Shown: positions 58,329 through 64,000 of the stretch, one piece after another | How the letters are laid out: every line of letters begins with the position of its first letter | How positions within the stretch are numbered: the first letter of the stretch is position 1 | Assembly: GCA_963676395.1 (NCBI GenBank) | Contig: OY781066.1 | Coordinates: 1,088,001-1,152,000, forward strand | Direction: 5' to 3' | DNA from: a bacterium | Lineage (GTDB): Bacteria; Fidelibacterota; Fidelibacteria; Fidelibacterales; Fidelibacteraceae | DNA length: 64,000 bases | The notes under the pieces: generated by a model | The model's database searches: none | What the model was told of the DNA's origin: nothing | What the model saw: the letters and a program-made list of their open reading frames with translations, nothing else | Translations under genes and position numbers: made by a program

Positions 58329-58357
58329 TTGACATTCTAAGATTGATACGCTAAACT
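58329..58357 (+). promoter_or_regulatory. sigma70-type promoter
   Basis: TTGACA-N17-TAAACT, followed by AGGAG RBS and ATG 58376. Confidence 0.6.
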
Positions 58358-58375
58358 CTGCCAAGGAGACAGAAA

Positions 58376-59545
58376 ATGAAACTTGATGCTATTCAGTTTA
58401 ATGAATCGTTCCCACCTCTTATGGATGGTGTGGCAAATGTAACACGAAACTATGCCCATTGGATAAAAAAGAAATATGGTAAAGCTTATGTTGTAACGCC
58501 GGAATATCCCGGATTTATTGACGATGAGATATTTCCCGTTCTGCGTTATCCGTCCTTACCTTTGGCTTTAAGAAAACCCTATCGACTGGGCGTAGGACAA
58601 CACAATCCAAATCTCTGGAAAAAATTAAATTCTCTGCATGTTGATATCGTTCATGCACAAAGTCCATTCTCTTCCGGTAATATCGCCCTGCAATATGCAA
58701 AGCAAAAAGATGTTCCGCTTGTAGCGACCTTTCATTCAAAGTTCTATGATGATTTTAAAGAAGCCACACGCTCCGATGTTATCTCATGGCTCATGACTCA
58801 CCTTGTCGTTGATTTCTTCAACTATGCCGATGCGGTTTGGGCGGTAAATGAAAGTACTCGTGAAACCTTAATATCATACGGCTATAAAGGTCAAATTGAT
58901 GTTGTACCAAATGGAGCGGATTTTGAGATCCCTCAAAATCTTGATCTTTTGGTGAAAAAGACAAATAAACAATACGGACTAGATGAAAATGGATTGGTTT
59001 TTCTTTTTGTCGGCCAAATGATCAAGCAAAAAAATATCCCCATGATCATTGATGCACTTTCAATTATAAAAAAAGCCGGTGTAAAATTTGATATGCTTTT
59101 TGTAGGCGAAGGAAAATCCAAGGATGAGTTTATGGAGCAAACTCAAAAGCTCGGCTTAAACGACACTGTTCAATTCCTCGGTAAGATCCTGGATCGCAAT
59201 ATGCTCAAAAGCATTTTTGCGAGAGCTGATCTTTTCCTATTTCCATCTGTCTACGACAACGCTCCTGTTGTTACGCGTGAAGCTGCCGCCGTCGGCACCG
59301 CTTCTCTTATCGTAAAGGGTTCCAATGCCTCCGAAGGGGTAATCCATGGTGAAAACGGTTACCTCTGTGACGAATCAGCCGAAAGCGTTGCCGAAAGTAT
59401 TCAAAAGATCATTACTGACCGCGAAGCCTTAAAGCAAGCCGGACTTAAAGCTCAAACCAGCATTTTTCGCTCATGGGAAAGCATTGTGGACGATGAAGTG
59501 GTCCCAAAATATTTAGATATTATTGAGCGATATAAGAAACAGTAG
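58376..59545 (+). CDS. Glycosyltransferase family 4
   Basis: FPPLMDGV, TFHSK, VPNG, LFVG, FLFPSVYD...EAAA. Confidence 0.9.
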   Translation: MKLDAIQFNESFPPLMDGVANVTRNYAHWIKKKYGKAYVVTPEYPGFIDDEIFPVLRYPSLPLALRKPYRLGVGQHNPNLWKKLNSLHVDIVHAQSPFSSGNIALQYAKQKDVPLVATFHSKFYDDFKEATRSDVISWLMTHLVVDFFNYADAVWAVNESTRETLISYGYKGQIDVVPNGADFEIPQNLDLLVKKTNKQYGLDENGLVFLFVGQMIKQKNIPMIIDALSIIKKAGVKFDMLFVGEGKSKDEFMEQTQKLGLNDTVQFLGKILDRNMLKSIFARADLFLFPSVYDNAPVVTREAAAVGTASLIVKGSNASEGVIHGENGYLCDESAESVAESIQKIITDREALKQAGLKAQTSIFRSWESIVDDEVVPKYLDIIERYKKQ

Positions 59546-59590
59546 TCAGTAGTCAGTAGTCAGTAGTCAGTAGTCAGTAGTCAGTAGTCA
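59540..59590. repeat. Perfect heptanucleotide tandem repeat (CAGTAGT)x7
   Basis: Read directly; the first unit contains the glycosyltransferase stop codon. Confidence 0.95.
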
Positions 59591-59674
59591 AAATATAAAA
59601 GCAATAAATCAGTAAACAGAAGAGAGAAATCCGTCTTCTGTGTTATTCTGCTTTCTGATCATTCTTGCTTCCGG

Positions 59675-60319
59675 CTATTGATCCACTCTTCTGTAGGTAT
59701 AAACTGCTATACCTTCATCGCCGGTACGTTTATAGCCCATGGCATTCAGATATTTCCTATGCACTTCATGAGGATCCTTGATAATAAGTTTTTTATTATC
59801 GTCAATGCCGACGCGTTTCAAACCTTCGTGGTAGAAATAATGACCGGTTTTAAGATCACGATATTCCGGAATTGTATAATCTAATTCAACCAGCAGTTCA
59901 TCTGAAGAGATTTCACTGAACATAACCAGACCAACGGGACGCATATCTCTCAAACAAAAATATGATTTATATGTTTTTTGTGGATCATATTTAAATTTTG
60001 GGAAAAACTTTTCAATATCATCCTTATAAAACTGCAAGAGATTGTGTGTAAACTGAGACTTTTTGATATCAATTTCAATAATATCAAAATACTCTTTCCT
60101 TCTGCTCATTGAGATTAAATAGTATACATCTACAATGGCCACAAAACCATTCAAGGCAAACACCGGCCAAGCCCCGATCAACGCACCGTAACATGAGAAA
60201 AAGGCAGAGCCAAAAAGATTTAACCAACGCAAACGTCGGATGTTTTTCATTGTTAATGAAACCGCAGTTACCACTGAAGCAACATAACCGATGATCTCAA
60301 ATATCATTTGCTTATCCAT
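59675..60319 (-). CDS. YgjV-like membrane protein with C-terminal soluble domain
   Basis: IGYVAS...SLTM..I.RLR..N..G...YG; LDYTIPEYRD. Confidence 0.7.
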   Translation of the reverse strand: MDKQMIFEIIGYVASVVTAVSLTMKNIRRLRWLNLFGSAFFSCYGALIGAWPVFALNGFVAIVDVYYLISMSRRKEYFDIIEIDIKKSQFTHNLLQFYKDDIEKFFPKFKYDPQKTYKSYFCLRDMRPVGLVMFSEISSDELLVELDYTIPEYRDLKTGHYFYHEGLKRVGIDDNKKLIIKDPHEVHRKYLNAMGYKRTGDEGIAVYTYRRVDQ

Positions 60320-60334
60320 ATTCTTACTCTTTCA

Positions 60335-61603
60335 TTATAATTGATATTGTTTTTTCAAGCTCTCATAAACAGACGAATCCAAAAACACTTTGAACAACAT
60401 TTTATCTTCGACAAAACGACTTTCCAACACTTCGCCCAAGCGATGAAGATCTGCGATCAATTTTCCTTCACCGGGATCCACATAAAAATGATGCACAAAA
60501 GAACTGTCGTCAATACGCTTAATAATCTCTTCTATAAGTTTTTCCAAGCCAATCCCGCGTTGCGCAGAAATACAGAAGCATCCGGGATACTCTCTTTTAA
60601 CATACTTTACCGCCTCGACGCTATCCAGCATATCAGTTTTGTTAAATACCGTCACGAATTTCTTTTCGGGAATATCAAACTCCTGCAAAACTTCATCAAT
60701 AGTATCCATGTGTTCTTTAAAATTCGGATCAGAAATATCTATGATCTTTAGTAACAAGTCCGCCGTTTCAGCTTCCTTTAAGGTAGAACGAAAAGATGCC
60801 ACCAATTGGTGAGGAAGCTTTTGAATAAAACCAACCGTATCGCTTAAATAGATGGTATGTGAACTATCAAGCTGAACACGTCGTACTGTTGTATCCAACG
60901 TTTTAAACAACTGATCTTCCACATCTACGGAAGGACCCGCAAGGTGATTCATCATAGTTGATTTTCCGGCATTGGTATATCCTACCAACGCTACATTAAA
61001 CCGACGAGAACGAGACTTGCGTTTTGTATCTAATTGTACGGATATTTTTTCCAGATCTTGTTTAAGTTTTTTAATACGATCTCTCAGCAATCGCCTATCT
61101 ATCTCAATCTGAGTTTCACCGGGGCCACCGCGCATACCGATACCACCTGCTTGACGCTCAAGATGAGTCCACTGTTTAGCTAACCTTGGTAACAAGTATT
61201 CCGCTTCAGCCAATTGGACCTGAGTTTTTGCTTCGCGCGTTCTTGCGTGCATGGTGAAAATATCTAAGATTAAAGCAGATCTATCTACGATCTTGAATCC
61301 GGGAAAATCCGCTTCAAGGAATTTCTGTTGAGAGGGTGATAATTCATCATCAAATATGATAACATCCGCATCGTGTTCCTGGGCTAACTTTCCCAGCATA
61401 TTCAGTTTACCGGTTCCAAAATAGTGTTTAGGATGAATGGTTTCTCTCGACTGGATCAAAGAGTCCACAACCGTAGCTCCTGCAGTCTCTGCCAATCTAC
61501 CCAATTCTTCAATTGACCGTTCCGTATGGTCTACTTTACCCGGTAATGCAACAGCACACAAGATGGCTGTTTCGGGTTTTTTTTGTATATCGTGCATTCC
61601 CAT
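60335..61603 (-). CDS. hflX: GTPase HflX
   Basis: ELSPSQ, GPGETQIEIDRR, GYTNAGKST, DTVGFI, NKTD, SA. Confidence 0.97.
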   Translation of the reverse strand: MGMHDIQKKPETAILCAVALPGKVDHTERSIEELGRLAETAGATVVDSLIQSRETIHPKHYFGTGKLNMLGKLAQEHDADVIIFDDELSPSQQKFLEADFPGFKIVDRSALILDIFTMHARTREAKTQVQLAEAEYLLPRLAKQWTHLERQAGGIGMRGGPGETQIEIDRRLLRDRIKKLKQDLEKISVQLDTKRKSRSRRFNVALVGYTNAGKSTMMNHLAGPSVDVEDQLFKTLDTTVRRVQLDSSHTIYLSDTVGFIQKLPHQLVASFRSTLKEAETADLLLKIIDISDPNFKEHMDTIDEVLQEFDIPEKKFVTVFNKTDMLDSVEAVKYVKREYPGCFCISAQRGIGLEKLIEEIIKRIDDSSFVHHFYVDPGEGKLIADLHRLGEVLESRFVEDKMLFKVFLDSSVYESLKKQYQL

Positions 61604-63348
61604 TATTCGGTACTTTCTCCTTTTCGTATCAACAATAGCTCAAAGATAATACATAGCATTGCAAATAAGAAAAACAAAGTTTGCCCTTTTCTTCCTCTGA
61701 TCTGTTCCGCAATTCCTTTCGGATCCTCACGATCATACTCCAAAATATCATAAGATGCCAGATCCATCATCAATTGTTCACATTCATCCTTAGCCGGATT
61801 TACAGCAAAACTCCATTCCTTTTCATCACTCTTTAACATATAAAAACCAGGAATGTCAGTATGTGTAAACTGCTCCTTAACATTAAATATAGAGCCACCA
61901 GGTGTTGTCACTTCCACAAAACCTTTCCCTAAATCCACAACATCACCAAGTTCATATTGTAACAAGCTGTTATCGACAGATTGAATAATAAATTGATTTA
62001 AGCTTTGCAAAAAATAAGGAGATAAACCCATTTCATTCCATTTAAAATCAAGAGGCGATAATAATACATATAGTTTTTCGCTGGATCTAAACAATATCGG
62101 CTCTCCAGAATCCAACTCCCAAATATGTTCACGATTTTCTTTATCGGTCTTAAAATATTTATTGACCTTAAAACTACTTTCAGGATTATCTTTTGCTCTA
62201 AAATTCATATATCCATCAAGATTTGATTCTTTTTTTAATTTGCCACTATATTTTTCCCAAATCTTGCTTTGACTTTTTTCTCCTGAAACACTCAACACAA
62301 CGGGATGTTTTTGCGAAAATGCCAAAATACGATCTTGAAGTTTACCCTGCATATTTAAGAAAGCATTCAACCAAATCATATCAAAATTATTCAGGTCTTC
62401 TTTTGTCATATCTTCCATAGAACTAAGCTTAAGATCAACATTTTCCATAGCGCTAAGTGCTTTATACACATATGTGGAGTTTTGATTTTGATCATCAACC
62501 AGAAGGATGCGAATATTATTTTTCTTGTTTAAAATAAGGTAGCGCTTATTATCTTCCGGATAGTCATCCTGAGGGCCTTCAACCATACAAAATATTTGTT
62601 GATCGTTCAATCCCGTAACATGATAATCGATATACCCCGATCCGGTATTGTAAGCTTTTCCAATACGCTTAGAATTAACATAAACATTTGCACTTAGCTG
62701 CTCGACATCTTTATTCTTGCCTAAAAGAAAACTGATCTTCCGGGCACCCGAATCCTCTATATATTTTTCCTGCAAATCAACAATGGATATACTTAAGGCT
62801 TGTTTTGTTAAAGGAAGAACATACAGTGAAAGCTCAAGCTTATTCAGTTCAGATAATAGGTTCCGGTTTTGTTCGTTCTGTTGAAAGTCGCTAACAAAGA
62901 TCACATGACATACACCCGAATAATTTTCACAATAATCTTTTACTTTTAACAGCAAACTATCCTTCGAGGAATGTTCATTAAACATTATAAGATCCCAAGT
63001 ATTCAGTGCCTGAATCAACTGATCGGAATTGTCAATATAATCGGGATCTATCTGCGTGCTATAACTTTTATCAAGAATGATCAAACCTTTGTCCAAAGAT
63101 CTATTTGCTCTGTTAAAGAACGGTTGAGCTAAAATAAATACAAGCATTAAAATAAAGAGAGCTCTCAACAGCAAAATCAACCATCTCTGCCACTGCAGGC
63201 GTTGCATGGATTCGCGTTCTATTTCTCTTAAAAACTTTAAAGACGAAAAAGGTAACGGTCGGTAATTACGCTCACCAAAAAGATGAATGATAAAGGGCAC
63301 TGCGGCTAGTATACCAAGGAATAATAATGTTGGGAATAAAAAGCTCAT
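61603..63348 (-). CDS. BatA (aerotolerance regulator N-terminal) domain membrane protein with vWA-like region
   Basis: MSFLFP...PFIIHL...FSSLKFL...LLLR...LAQP; LDKSYS, SDFQ; C-terminal TM. Confidence 0.8.
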   Translation of the reverse strand: MSFLFPTLLFLGILAAVPFIIHLFGERNYRPLPFSSLKFLREIERESMQRLQWQRWLILLLRALFILMLVFILAQPFFNRANRSLDKGLIILDKSYSTQIDPDYIDNSDQLIQALNTWDLIMFNEHSSKDSLLLKVKDYCENYSGVCHVIFVSDFQQNEQNRNLLSELNKLELSLYVLPLTKQALSISIVDLQEKYIEDSGARKISFLLGKNKDVEQLSANVYVNSKRIGKAYNTGSGYIDYHVTGLNDQQIFCMVEGPQDDYPEDNKRYLILNKKNNIRILLVDDQNQNSTYVYKALSAMENVDLKLSSMEDMTKEDLNNFDMIWLNAFLNMQGKLQDRILAFSQKHPVVLSVSGEKSQSKIWEKYSGKLKKESNLDGYMNFRAKDNPESSFKVNKYFKTDKENREHIWELDSGEPILFRSSEKLYVLLSPLDFKWNEMGLSPYFLQSLNQFIIQSVDNSLLQYELGDVVDLGKGFVEVTTPGGSIFNVKEQFTHTDIPGFYMLKSDEKEWSFAVNPAKDECEQLMMDLASYDILEYDREDPKGIAEQIRGRKGQTLFFLFAMLCIIFELLLIRKGESTE

Positions 63349-63419
63349 TGGAGTAAGATAGGAAAATTATAGCTTAATATCAATAGCCTTGGGCTTTATT
63401 GAACCTGCGAAATATTTTA

Positions 63420-63600
63420 TCATCTCAACCGGAGAAAACCACCAATGCCGGCAAACGAAGCAGAGAGCTCTATTCACGATTTGCAGTATAAAGAATGGAG
63501 TCGAAAGAGAAATTCAATTTAATTTTCTCAATAAATCAATACGTGGATAGATCTCTCCACTTCGTCCAACTTAATATCTGAACTTAGAGCAAGATGACAA
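63420..63600. repeat. Degenerate REP/MITE-like element (family A)
   Basis: TCATCTCAACCGGAG...AGATCTCTCCACTTCG...AGATGACAA. Confidence 0.55.
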
Positions 63601-63615
63601 TTAAAATCGCGTTTT

Positions 63616-64000
63616 TTAATACCGCTTTTCTATTTCACTCCCTCTGAAATAATGTGCGAGAATAGTTTTATAATCGCGACCGGCATTCGCCTGGGCGACG
63701 GCACCTGTCTGACACATACCCACACCATGTCCCCAACCCGCACCGGTAAAAATGAATGAAATGGGTTTTTCAATGGGGCCTACCTTATCTACATAAAAAC
63801 ATGAACTCTTTAGAGGAGATTCCCAAAGCATTCGAATATTCAATTCACCCTTCTGGCGACAGTGACCTTCAGTGCCGATATATAAAATATCATAAATTCT
63901 TCCCGACACACCTCGTTCGATAGGAATAATATCATAAATCAAACCGATATCTTTAATTTTCTCAGCGACAGCCTTACTTAATACGTCGGGCGTGATGGTT
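63616..64000 (-). CDS. SpoIID/LytB domain protein, C-terminal part; begins beyond the window
   Basis: GAGWGHGVGMCQTGA...ILAHYF. Confidence 0.9.
   Translation of the reverse strand, partial: TITPDVLSKAVAEKIKDIGLIYDIIPIERGVSGRIYDILYIGTEGHCRQKGELNIRMLWESPLKSSCFYVDKVGPIEKPISFIFTGAGWGHGVGMCQTGAVAQANAGRDYKTILAHYFRGSEIEKRY

Noticed and set aside
1..64000. CRISPR array, tRNA or rRNA genes
   Set aside because: No regularly spaced direct repeats with unique spacers, no cas genes, and no cloverleaf or rRNA-like sequence recognised by eye; a covariance search was not run.

Overview
Bacterial chromosomal window, probably from an anaerobic FCB-group organism (Marinimicrobia/Bacteroidota-like; inferred from protein style, not proven). 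The housekeeping backbone (rarA, secA-nusB, degP, dgt-nifU-phoH-valS, hflX) is interrupted by three things. (1) Two AT-rich, + strand arrays of integron-like gene cassettes (about 15.7-20.5 kb and 43.9-51.7 kb) are delimited by attC-like imperfect palindromes, and no integrase is present in the window. The first array has intact, reciprocally complementary cassette ends and carries a Ppl-like PHP+ATPase candidate anti-phage gene with a small coupled partner ORF. The second array is decaying (mutated core sites, pseudogenes) and contains three copies of a conserved promoter-like module. (2) Between the arrays lies a ~23 kb, 19-gene minus-strand operon resembling the anaerobic purine/urate catabolic cluster (xdh-type Mo hydroxylases, ssnA, ygfK, ygeY, ygeW-like), with a non-canonical gene set. 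(3) Smaller elements are scattered throughout: REP/MITE-like palindromes, 7-bp periodic tracts, a four-helix-bundle gene in inverted heptamer arrays, an IS1595 fragment and internally deleted pseudogenes. No rRNA, tRNA or CRISPR array was recognised. All calls are by-eye motif recognition; no database searches were run.
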